Below are positions 30,663-39,389 of a stretch of DNA of 64,000 nt, piece after piece (within the stretch, counting starts at the first letter, position 1; the number at the start of each line of letters is the position of its first letter). Made by a program: the position numbers and the translations under genes. The notes under the pieces are model-generated. The model had not been told where the DNA came from. It worked only from the letters and a program-made list of their open reading frames with translations, and made no database searches. The stretch comes from a virus. The stretch is taken from IMG/VR virus record IMGVR_UViG_3300026484_000295, positions 96,001 through 160,000 of that record; one strand, 5' to 3'.

Positions 30663-33230
30663 TTAGCTAACTGATATAGGAATTATAAGGTGTTCCATAT
30701 AAGGACTCGGTTTAATTGCTACTAAAGCATTAAGTTTAGATTGTGCTAATACAATCGGTGGATTATATTCTTCCGTTACACTTGCTTCTGCTTCTGCTAA
30801 ACAACTATTAACAACATACGTATTTAAATATGATTGGAAATCATTTTGAATTCTATCCCATAATGCAGGAATACTTAAATCAAATAAATAATTTTTACCA
30901 GCCATTGTTAAATCTCTTACAATTTGTTCAATCATAAGCATTGTTCCCACTTTTTGCATAGGGGATGTTTTATTATAAGTTGTTTTTTGTCCCATAATAT
31001 GAATACCTGTTGTTAGACCTTTAGTAATTGGATTGATACCCATTCCATAAAGTCTGTCTCTCATTACTTGTGATAATTTAATATCTTTAGAAACAGCTAC
31101 AGCATCATAGATTACACCTCTTACTGTTCCTGCAGGAGCATCACAGATTTTACCATTATTAAGTGTTAATGCCATAGATTGTAATGCAGAACCACTTGGT
31201 GGTACAGCTACAACTTTTTTAGTCATAGTATCTAATTTCATAACCCATGGGTAATAAATAGACTCAAATTTAGAATTATGATTGCCACTAATTCTCCAAT
31301 TAATAACTGCTTGAGCTGTTAAATCTGGAGTATCAATAACACAATGGAAATCTCTTCTGCTTTCAGCTAATGAAACCATTTCACCACTAACAGCGCCATA
31401 TTGTGAAAAATAAGGGCACGCTAATGCTTTATAAGCAAATTCTTCAAAGTTTTGAACAGCCCATACACCCGTTTGATGAGCAACAGATCCAGCAATATAC
31501 GGTATCAATTTTTCATCATTTTTATAATCATCTTCCGTAAACATATCAGCTCCACCCATTAATTGGACTGGTTTTTCACTTCCTGTATCTGGATCTATAT
31601 CATTAACTGGATGTGTTAAACCGTTTGCTGGATCTACTGGAGTAGCAATACTAATAAGTACATTTTTAAATGTTAATTGATCAGCTTTATATGATACTGA
31701 TACACCATTTTCAATTTCAACTATATCCGAACCACGCTCTTCATAGATATGAATATTAACTTCATCAATTGAAACATCATAATCAACAGAAACTTGATAG
31801 TTATTACCCCATTCACCTGGAGAAATAGCATCAACTCTAAACGCTTGATTTGCTGGATCTTTCTTAATATTATTCATTTTTTCAATAATTTCAGCAAGTT
31901 TTTCAGCTGCATTAGCAAATTGTACAACAACATTATAATTTCTACCTGTACCTTCTATTGCTGGCAATGTAGCAGGGCCATCTGATACTTGCGGACAATC
32001 TTTCTTAAATAATTCTCCTAATAAGAAAATATCTTCATCCGAATTTAAGAAATAATTATGTGTTGTAACGTCTCCACCTAAAGGCATAACATAATTTCTA
32101 ATTTCACCAACTGTAAAATCTCTCTCTACACCATCAATATCTCTTAATGTGATAATAGTTGAATCACCAAGCGCCATGTTAGTTATTATAGGATATGCTG
32201 TTGCATATGCTACGGAACCATTAGAACAATCTACATTGTTATAAGTACCCCAATCTATCAATTTATCCGAATAAACCACTTGTTTCATAGTGTCTAGAGT
32301 TAATCCTGAAAGTACTAAAATACCATTATCACGCGCATATTTTTGTACATTTATTGGTAATTGCACATATTCATTTTTTGCCATTGTATAGTTATCTGAT
32401 TCTTCTCTAAATTCTGCTCTAGCTGCATCATATTTTTTGAAACCTGCTAAATTGAATATTGGTGCCCAAGCCGATTCTATAGCATTCGATCCACCTGCAA
32501 AATTAACAGTCGCTTTAAGTTTTTCTATCAAAATAGTTGATGTGAATGGCTCTCTCTCAAATATAAACATGAAATCTTCAGTTTCATTACCATTTACCAA
32601 TTCATTAAATTGTTTAACACATTCATCAGACACTGGATTATACAAATATTCACCAAAATGATTAACTTGGTCTGCATCATCAATAGCAGTATATACTCTT
32701 TGTGTTGCAAAATCTATATTAAATCTATTTTTTCCAGGAACTGGAATAAATTCTGGATATGGACTTGTTTCAGTTTCAGCCCATTCTTCAGGAGTTAAAG
32801 GGTTCTTCATTTCTATAAGAACTTGCATTGTAACCACACCATCAAAATTTATAGGGTTTATATCTTGAAAAACAGCTCTTAATGAATTACCAAATTCACC
32901 ACTTGTTTTATACCTAACTGTTAATAATGGTTTAGCATCTCTGGCTTTGATTGTTGTTTCAGCAAAACCCGGAGTGTCTGCTCCTGCTCTAATTATCCAT
33001 GCAGCAGAACCTTGTTTAAAAAATTCATAAGCTGCAAACATACCATATTGTTTTTTTGAAAGATCTGCTTCTCCAAAAATTTGTAAAGCTTCTTGAGCTG
33101 AACCACATAAATACGGTTGATTAACCGGTCCTTTACTTGCAAATGTTACGATTGTTGGAATAAATGATGAGTCTCCACCAGGATATGATGGCGAATTATC
33201 AATTAATTTTGTTTCTACACCTACTAACAT
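30663..33230 (-). CDS. gp18: Tail sheath protein gp18 (855 aa)
   Basis: ASKGPVN.P......E...IFG, AISPGEWGN, AESRRD.HCVIDTP, YYPW, VPPSG, APAG.VRG, RDRLY..GINPI, GQKT. Confidence 0.95.
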   Translation of the reverse strand: MLVGVETKLIDNSPSYPGGDSSFIPTIVTFASKGPVNQPYLCGSAQEALQIFGEADLSKKQYGMFAAYEFFKQGSAAWIIRAGADTPGFAETTIKARDAKPLLTVRYKTSGEFGNSLRAVFQDINPINFDGVVTMQVLIEMKNPLTPEEWAETETSPYPEFIPVPGKNRFNIDFATQRVYTAIDDADQVNHFGEYLYNPVSDECVKQFNELVNGNETEDFMFIFEREPFTSTILIEKLKATVNFAGGSNAIESAWAPIFNLAGFKKYDAARAEFREESDNYTMAKNEYVQLPINVQKYARDNGILVLSGLTLDTMKQVVYSDKLIDWGTYNNVDCSNGSVAYATAYPIITNMALGDSTIITLRDIDGVERDFTVGEIRNYVMPLGGDVTTHNYFLNSDEDIFLLGELFKKDCPQVSDGPATLPAIEGTGRNYNVVVQFANAAEKLAEIIEKMNNIKKDPANQAFRVDAISPGEWGNNYQVSVDYDVSIDEVNIHIYEERGSDIVEIENGVSVSYKADQLTFKNVLISIATPVDPANGLTHPVNDIDPDTGSEKPVQLMGGADMFTEDDYKNDEKLIPYIAGSVAHQTGVWAVQNFEEFAYKALACPYFSQYGAVSGEMVSLAESRRDFHCVIDTPDLTAQAVINWRISGNHNSKFESIYYPWVMKLDTMTKKVVAVPPSGSALQSMALTLNNGKICDAPAGTVRGVIYDAVAVSKDIKLSQVMRDRLYGMGINPITKGLTTGIHIMGQKTTYNKTSPMQKVGTMLMIEQIVRDLTMAGKNYLFDLSIPALWDRIQNDFQSYLNTYVVNSCLAEAEASVTEEYNPPIVLAQSKLNALVAIKPSPYMEHLIIPISVS

Positions 33231-33361
33231 ATATTTCTCCTTATTTTAAAGATTAAAATCTTTTTATTTTATTTCAATTTTATTTATATAATGTGAGAAA
33301 AAATATACCAATTTATAAATTTATTTTTTTGAGAAAAAGTTTTATGTTATAAATAGTGAGT

Positions 33362-33404
33362 TTGGATAAAAATCTAGGTCATCCAATTAAAAAACCTAGA
33401 TTTT
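33362..33404. other. Structured element: 11-bp hairpin (possible - strand terminator) that forms an H-type pseudoknot on +
   Basis: ttggat(33362-67) pairs with atccaa(33381-86); aaaatctaggt(33369-79) pairs with acctagatttt(33394-404). Confidence 0.5.
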
Positions 33405-33417
33405 AATTTTTTTTATA

Positions 33418-34743
33418 TTATGATATTATTAAGTCTGTTGTTTGATCTATATCAAATCCATCAATAGTACTAATCATATATCTTATTTTTGTAGATTCCG
33501 AAGTTTCAATCAATATAGTATTTTCATCAATTACTTCAATAGGTAATATATCGAAAAACCATGAACCATTATCTTCTCGTTGAATTTTAACATCAACAAA
33601 CACAGTCCCTAAATTATGTGAAATTTGAAATGAAGTTCCAGCTGTCGTTGTCTCACCAACTCTCACATTATTAATTCTATTAAAAGAATCATGATCAATT
33701 TTCTGAACTATATCATCAACAATACTATCTAGTTTTCCTGCAGTTACTTTATACGAATAATTTAATGCTTCTGCTTCTGTTGCACCATTATTAACAGCTG
33801 TTATATAATTTATACCATTATAACCATCGTAACCTATCCAAGATGTACCGGACTTATCTAATATTTCTCTACCCAAAGTATATGAATCTATTATTTGATG
33901 TAATTCATATGATGGAGTAGCCGACTCATAATTCCATATCGAAACATTAGCCGTTGCCTCTTTTAATGTTTCATCAGTTGAAGTATCAGTTGATTCAACC
34001 CATTTAATTAAATCGACAATACCTTCAGATCCACGATTAACAGCTATACCTGCATTCATATCAACATCTACACCATCAACTATTGCTGATGCTAATCTTG
34101 GATCTTCTGTTGTTAAATTACTATTTAAAATAATTATATTGTCTGCAATTGTCATATTTTCAGCAGCGATATCTACTTTTGTAGTTTGTCCACCAACAGT
34201 TAAATCTCCAGATATAATCACATTACCATCAACCGATACATCACTATTAATATTAGTAGTAGCATAAGATATTGTTAATTCATTATTCGTATGATCAGTA
34301 ATAATTTTATCAACTATACCATCATTTATTATAAATGAATCTGTTGAAACTATTTTTGTAGAAGTAGTATTAAATTGAATATCTACACCATTATATTCAA
34401 ATAACTCATTTGATATATCAATATTTAATAAATTTGATAAATCACTTTTTATAATCGATATACTATTTTTGAATTCTATTTCAGATATAATATTTTGAAT
34501 CCTAGTATCTGTTTTTGATAAGAATTCATCAATATATACTTCACCATCATTAATATTTACAAATTTATATACTTCACTTTCTGTATTATACCAAATTCTA
34601 CCAGTTTCTGGTATAACAGGTGTAACATTAGATAGGTCATTTATAGCTAACTCGTCATCATTATTAAATTTTTCAATAACTGCATTGGATAAAAATGATT
34701 TTTTTGCTATTATTGGATTGTGTAATTTACTATTAATCATCAA
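33418..34743 (-). CDS. Tail fibre-like structural protein
   Basis: GRIWYNT; GDLTVGG...IADNIIILN...GIAVNRG domain shared with 48996..51239; C-terminal ISHNLGT domain; late box at 34764. Confidence 0.65.
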   Translation of the reverse strand: MMINSKLHNPIIAKKSFLSNAVIEKFNNDDELAINDLSNVTPVIPETGRIWYNTESEVYKFVNINDGEVYIDEFLSKTDTRIQNIISEIEFKNSISIIKSDLSNLLNIDISNELFEYNGVDIQFNTTSTKIVSTDSFIINDGIVDKIITDHTNNELTISYATTNINSDVSVDGNVIISGDLTVGGQTTKVDIAAENMTIADNIIILNSNLTTEDPRLASAIVDGVDVDMNAGIAVNRGSEGIVDLIKWVESTDTSTDETLKEATANVSIWNYESATPSYELHQIIDSYTLGREILDKSGTSWIGYDGYNGINYITAVNNGATEAEALNYSYKVTAGKLDSIVDDIVQKIDHDSFNRINNVRVGETTTAGTSFQISHNLGTVFVDVKIQREDNGSWFFDILPIEVIDENTILIETSESTKIRYMISTIDGFDIDQTTDLIIS

Positions 34744-34783
34744 TCTAACACCTCTTTTTTATTTATTTATATCTTTGAATCTA

Positions 34784-35185
34784 TTATTCAAAATAAATAA
34801 ATATATAACCGGTTACGGGATCAATAAATTCTACTGTTATTTCGTTTTCGTCTATGATAGATATTGAACTATTAACCATACTATTTAAATTACTATCAAA
34901 AATATTATAGTTGAAAAAAATAGTATTTTTATTATGGCGAATATTTATAGTATATACATCTTCAAATGTGAATTTAAAACTATGCTGTGAAATACTTTCA
35001 TCAATATATTCATTAAGACTATCTTGTAATGATAAATTAGTCAGGAATATTTGTATTTCATTATCTCTCCAAGATTTAAATACTTTTTCAGTAGTATTAT
35101 ACCATACAAAACCATTTTCTTGAACTGATGGATCAAATTCTAATTGTTCTACTTTATTAATATTAAATGGATATTTCATTGTCAC
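34784..35185 (-). CDS. Small structural protein
   Basis: G.VWYNTTEK and I.HN.N motifs paralogous to the adjacent fibre-like gene. Confidence 0.55.
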   Translation of the reverse strand: MTMKYPFNINKVEQLEFDPSVQENGFVWYNTTEKVFKSWRDNEIQIFLTNLSLQDSLNEYIDESISQHSFKFTFEDVYTINIRHNKNTIFFNYNIFDSNLNSMVNSSISIIDENEITVEFIDPVTGYIFIYFE

Positions 35186-35188
35186 TCC

Positions 35189-36151
35189 TTAAATTATACG
35201 AACGTTTATAATAGCTTTATATCGTTTATCTTCTAAGAAATTAAATCGAATATATGAATCATTCTCTTCAACAGAAATAGGATTTATTAAACTATTATTA
35301 TCAATATCTATAATTTCAACAGAGAAAATATTTTTAAATTTTTTAGGTATTTGTAAATATGTTTTAGGTTTATCAATTTTAATATGCCAAGTAGAATAAT
35401 AATCCCCAATAGACCCACCATGTTTCCATATTGTTAATAAATCATTATTTTTAACTCTATATACCAACCCATCGATCGTTAAAATATTATTAATTATAGA
35501 AAATTCATTATTTTTTAATAATATACCATTTAAATCCACAGATAAACTATTAATATTTGTTCCTTCAAGAATACTTTCAATATCAAATTGTGTTTGTCCA
35601 GATAAAGTATAAATTTCATTTTTTTTATTTATTTTAGGATTACTTATTCTATCTTTTGGATGAAATACAAATATATATAAATCAATTATATTTGATTCTT
35701 TTAAAATTATTTTTTTTGAATCAAAAGGATCTATAATAAATTTAACTTCATTCATATTTTGATTATATATTATAATATTATCAATAGTAAAATTAAAAAT
35801 AGAGTCATCTAAAATAAATTCTATTTCATTCAGATCGTATTTGATAAAAATTTGAACATCAAAAGTTTTATCATATTCTGTTTGAACCCAATTATCTCCA
35901 AACCATCTATATACCATATGATCATTTTGATTAAACCATGTTTGACCAATTATAGGATTTATAGGTTGATATCTACCATAAAAATTTTGAATAACCTTAA
36001 TATAATTTTCATTTAATTCATCGGCTATATCAATTATATTATGACCAAACAAATGCAATGAAAATTTATCATAGTCGATTGTATCAGGGTCTATCCATGT
36101 TATATCTTTACCATTTATATCCGAAATTAATTGTGTGTTATTATTAGCCAT
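35189..36151 (-). CDS. Virion structural protein (jumbo-myovirus type)
   Basis: SL.LFG.N......LNENY....NF....P.NP..GQ.WF motif recurrent in large myovirus tail/baseplate proteins. Confidence 0.6.
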   Translation of the reverse strand: MANNNTQLISDINGKDITWIDPDTIDYDKFSLHLFGHNIIDIADELNENYIKVIQNFYGRYQPINPIIGQTWFNQNDHMVYRWFGDNWVQTEYDKTFDVQIFIKYDLNEIEFILDDSIFNFTIDNIIIYNQNMNEVKFIIDPFDSKKIILKESNIIDLYIFVFHPKDRISNPKINKKNEIYTLSGQTQFDIESILEGTNINSLSVDLNGILLKNNEFSIINNILTIDGLVYRVKNNDLLTIWKHGGSIGDYYSTWHIKIDKPKTYLQIPKKFKNIFSVEIIDIDNNSLINPISVEENDSYIRFNFLEDKRYKAIINVRII

Positions 36152-36168
36152 ATACTACCTCTAACTTG

Positions 36169-37476
36169 CTATAAATATGAATATGCAATTTCAGAAATTA
36201 TTTCATTTGTTTCAATAATTTTGAACTTCCCACCCATATCTTTAAATTTATTTATCTTATTTATAGTTGATTCAATAGTTTCAGTAATATTAGATTTATT
36301 GATAGGCGAATATAACAAATATTGATTTGATATAGAAACGATTGGCTGCCCTTCAAAGTTTTCCATAATAAGAACTTTAGGTTTATTTGATTCCGGAACA
36401 TCTATATATGATATAATTTCTTTAAATAAATTATCAACAATTATCATATTCTCAATTTCTAAATTTTCAGATTTAAGATTACGTATAATTGTTTCAAGAT
36501 ATTTTTCTTCATTCTTAATTTCAGTTCCGAAAATCTTTGTTTGTTCTAATCTCTTTTTTGCTAAAGAACGATATTTCATTTCAATAGGAGATAATTCAAT
36601 TGCAGGCAATTCTTCATTAGAAATAATCTTAGTGTCTAAATCATACGATACATTATCAGTATAATCAATAAGTATTGATTTTTGAGATTCAAGTTTAAAT
36701 TTAACAGCAACAACTTCAAGTTTTTTATCTATGCGGTCTTTGATAACCTCATACGTTACTTTAATATCAGATTTATCATTAACCTCTTGTACAGCTTTTT
36801 TTAATATATCTCTATTAAAATTAGCCCATTTTTGTAAAGACGGTTTATTAATAATATCAACATTCAAAATAGCCTTTAATATATTTATCTCTATACGTTT
36901 TTCATACGAACCAACATAATCTTTTAAAAGTTCATACAATAATTTTGAATATTTCGATTTTAATCCTACTTGGATTTGTAATGAGAATTTAGTATAATAA
37001 TTTTTTACATTCAAAAACATTATCAATAATTCTGGCTCTATCCATACTTTAACTCTCTTGCTAGTAGTTTGTTTATCTTTCGACCATGCTATTTTTCTTA
37101 AAAAATGAAATAAAATAGACTCTTGTGTTTTATTTTTATGTAAAACATTTGTTAAAACCTGTATTTTAGATATTTCATGTAAATTTTTTATTATCTCATT
37201 ATAATATCCATTTTTATATTTACCTAATACGTCAGATATTGATTGTAAGTTAATTTCAAAATGATTTAGAGATGCCCATTCATAAATCTCTTCTTCCGTT
37301 AATTCCTGTTGTAACATAATATCAGAAATAAAGAAAAACATAGTCCCAATTAAATCAACTTGAATAGGTGTTAAAACAGCAAATTCTTCTTTTATAAAAT
37401 CTTTATAATATAAAACTTGACATAACTCTGATGGTTTTCTTAATTCTAAGTTTTTTGTTAAATCTTTTTTACTCAT
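36169..37476 (-). CDS. rep: Plasmid-type replication initiator protein (Rep_3 / RepB family, winged helix)
   Basis: YTKFSL.....LKSKYSKLLYELLKDY, I....LK.IL, W.NF.RDILKKAV.EVN.KSDI.V.YE..K....V.AVKF. Confidence 0.9.
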   Translation of the reverse strand: MSKKDLTKNLELRKPSELCQVLYYKDFIKEEFAVLTPIQVDLIGTMFFFISDIMLQQELTEEEIYEWASLNHFEINLQSISDVLGKYKNGYYNEIIKNLHEISKIQVLTNVLHKNKTQESILFHFLRKIAWSKDKQTTSKRVKVWIEPELLIMFLNVKNYYTKFSLQIQVGLKSKYSKLLYELLKDYVGSYEKRIEINILKAILNVDIINKPSLQKWANFNRDILKKAVQEVNDKSDIKVTYEVIKDRIDKKLEVVAVKFKLESQKSILIDYTDNVSYDLDTKIISNEELPAIELSPIEMKYRSLAKKRLEQTKIFGTEIKNEEKYLETIIRNLKSENLEIENMIIVDNLFKEIISYIDVPESNKPKVLIMENFEGQPIVSISNQYLLYSPINKSNITETIESTINKINKFKDMGGKFKIIETNEIISEIAYSYL

Positions 37477-37507
37477 AGTTTCAACCTTATTTTTTTGTAT
37501 TTATTAG

Positions 37508-37515
37508 ATTTTACA
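37508..37515 (-). promoter_or_regulatory. TGTAAAAT early-type (sigma70 -10-like) promoter of rep
   Basis: Same TGTA(T/A)AAT box precedes gp47 (38222), gp46 (39353), dnaE-C (41238), tmk (48299, -), uvrD (57829), dnaE-N/gp55 (60626) and gp45 (61812). Confidence 0.7.
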
Positions 37516-37525
37516 ATCACAATTA

Positions 37526-38050
37526 AAATTACACAATCTAATCACAGTTTCTTCCCATTTTTAATATTTTGTAAGTATATTTATCCATATTTATATAGCA
37601 TTTTATCTTTTTTTTAAATTACACAATCTAATCACAGTTTTTTTCTTTTTATTCTTATCATGTATAATTATGGCAAAAAAAACTTAAAAAAAAAATCTTA
37701 GTTAAATTTAATATAAATTTTAGGCAATTTTCATAAGAAAAAAACTTAAAAAAAAAATCTTAGTTATGGCATTTTTTTTAATTAATGGTTTTCAATATAA
37801 TATTTTCTTATATCTTATTTTTGTATATTGTCAATAAAATATATATTTAAATAATATTTAACTAAAAAATATTTTTTAAGGTATATAAAAAACTAAAAAT
37901 AAATACGTAAGTTAAAATTTAAAAATTTAACTAAGAATTATTTTTTGAGTTAAAAAATGGGTTTTTTGCCGCATTTTAACACTATAAAATAAAGGTACTT
38001 TTTATGGTTCACAATCTAATCACGAAAACTACACAATCTAATCACAGTTT
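37526..38050. repeat. Iterons: four copies of core cacaatctaatcac
   Basis: Cores at 37532, 37622, 38010 and 38032. Copies 1-2 share 25 bp (aaattacacaatctaatcacagttt); copies 3-4 are 22 bp apart. Confidence 0.88.
37681..37951. repeat. Second 24-bp repeat family: two direct and two inverted copies
   Basis: aacttaaaaaaaaaatcttagtta at 37681 and 37743; inverted variants taactaaaaaatattttttaaggt (37859) and taactaagaattattttttgagtt (37928). Confidence 0.75.
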
Positions 38051-38261
38051 TTTTCGAGGGTCACTGGGAAACACTATATTTTCTCGTGCAAAAATAGGAC
38101 TGTACAAAATACAAATAGAATAAAGGATAGATATATAGCCTTCGGCATGAAATAGATTATTTGATCCAGACTATCTTTATTTGATATGATTTATTTTCAT
38201 ATAATACCTATTAAAATTAATTGTATAATAAAAAACAAATTATTAAATTTAAAGGTAAGTT

Positions 38262-39317
38262 ATGTCAAATAAAATTACAATGAGTACAGATTGGCATTTT
38301 GGTAAATCAAATGGGAGATTCGATAATATTATTTTAAATGGTATTATTGAACAATGTAATTATGCAAAGAATAATAATATCAAAGTTATGATTAATCTTG
38401 GCGATACATTAGATGTAAAACAATCAATTACTACTAGTACTATGAATTATTTAGCTAAAGCATTTCAATTAATAAATGATACATTCGATAAAGTTTATGT
38501 ATTAGTTGGTAATCATGATATGTCAAAGAAAACTTATAATAATGATGGGCATAATTTGCATATTTTTTCTGGTTATAATAATATTGAGGTTATCGATTCT
38601 CCAAAAATAATTTCGATATTTGATTCAGATTTTTATTTCATGCCTTATTTCCCAAATGATTATCTTAAAAATCATATTTTTGAGGAAGCTAGATTTATGT
38701 GTGCTCATATTGAAGTCCAAGGTTTTATGTTGAATCAATTTGTTAAAGCTGAAGATGGATTGAATATGCAAGCTATAACTAATATATATGATAATGTTTT
38801 TTTAGGTCATTTTCATAAGCGACAATCTAGAGGAAATGTATCTTATATTGGTAATATGTGTAGATTTTTTTATGGTGAAAATGATGAAGAACGTGGTTGG
38901 ACTATTCTAGATGTTGATACGAATAAGTATGAATTTATTGAATACCATCATCCGAAAATGTACAAATTTAAATTATCGACATTAATGAGTCTAGATGAAG
39001 ATTTAAATAAAATATTTGAACCAGGCGACAATCTCAAACTAGTTATTGATAAACAATTAAAATATTCTGAATTAGAGGAATTTAAAACAAAACTAATTTT
39101 GGATTATAAAATTAATGATTTAGTATTAGACGATCAATTTTATGCGTTTGATATTGATGAAATAGATGATGAAGATGAAACAGATGACAATGTTGCTGAT
39201 TTAGATCCTAGTTATATGGAATATCTATTAACAGAAATGACTAAGATTATTACAGATGATAACGCTGTAGAAGCTCTAGAATATCTTAGAGAAAAATCTA
39301 AAGATTATCAGGAATAA
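38262..39317 (+). CDS. gp47: Recombination endonuclease subunit gp47 (Mre11/SbcD)
   Basis: TDWHFG, LGDTLD, VGNHD, AHIE..GF, FLGHFHKRQ...NV.YIGN. Confidence 0.95.
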   Translation: MSNKITMSTDWHFGKSNGRFDNIILNGIIEQCNYAKNNNIKVMINLGDTLDVKQSITTSTMNYLAKAFQLINDTFDKVYVLVGNHDMSKKTYNNDGHNLHIFSGYNNIEVIDSPKIISIFDSDFYFMPYFPNDYLKNHIFEEARFMCAHIEVQGFMLNQFVKAEDGLNMQAITNIYDNVFLGHFHKRQSRGNVSYIGNMCRFFYGENDEERGWTILDVDTNKYEFIEYHHPKMYKFKLSTLMSLDEDLNKIFEPGDNLKLVIDKQLKYSELEEFKTKLILDYKINDLVLDDQFYAFDIDEIDDEDETDDNVADLDPSYMEYLLTEMTKIITDDNAVEALEYLREKSKDYQE

Positions 39318-39389
39318 ATGTCTAATAAAATATAGTTTTAAAATCCTATTAATGTAAAATATGTAGAAAGATAAAAAAATGGAAGATAA

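Larger units (their letters stand above)
37477..38261. other. Putative iteron-containing replication origin
   Basis: Longest non-coding stretch in the window; extremely AT-rich; next to rep; two repeat families; lies at the main strand-switch point. Confidence 0.8.

Noticed and set aside
33362-33404. preQ1-I riboswitch call
   Set aside because: Topology is similar, but the conserved ligand-pocket nucleotides do not match cleanly and there is no downstream + strand gene; kept only as a generic pseudoknot candidate.
37526-38050. Repeats read as a CRISPR mini-array
   Set aside because: Core is only 14-25 bp, spacing is irregular (90, 388, 22 bp), no cas genes; position next to Rep_3 fits iterons.
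38138-38146. gccTTCGgc UUCG tetraloop
   Set aside because: Stem of only about 3 bp; too weak to call a terminator or structured RNA.
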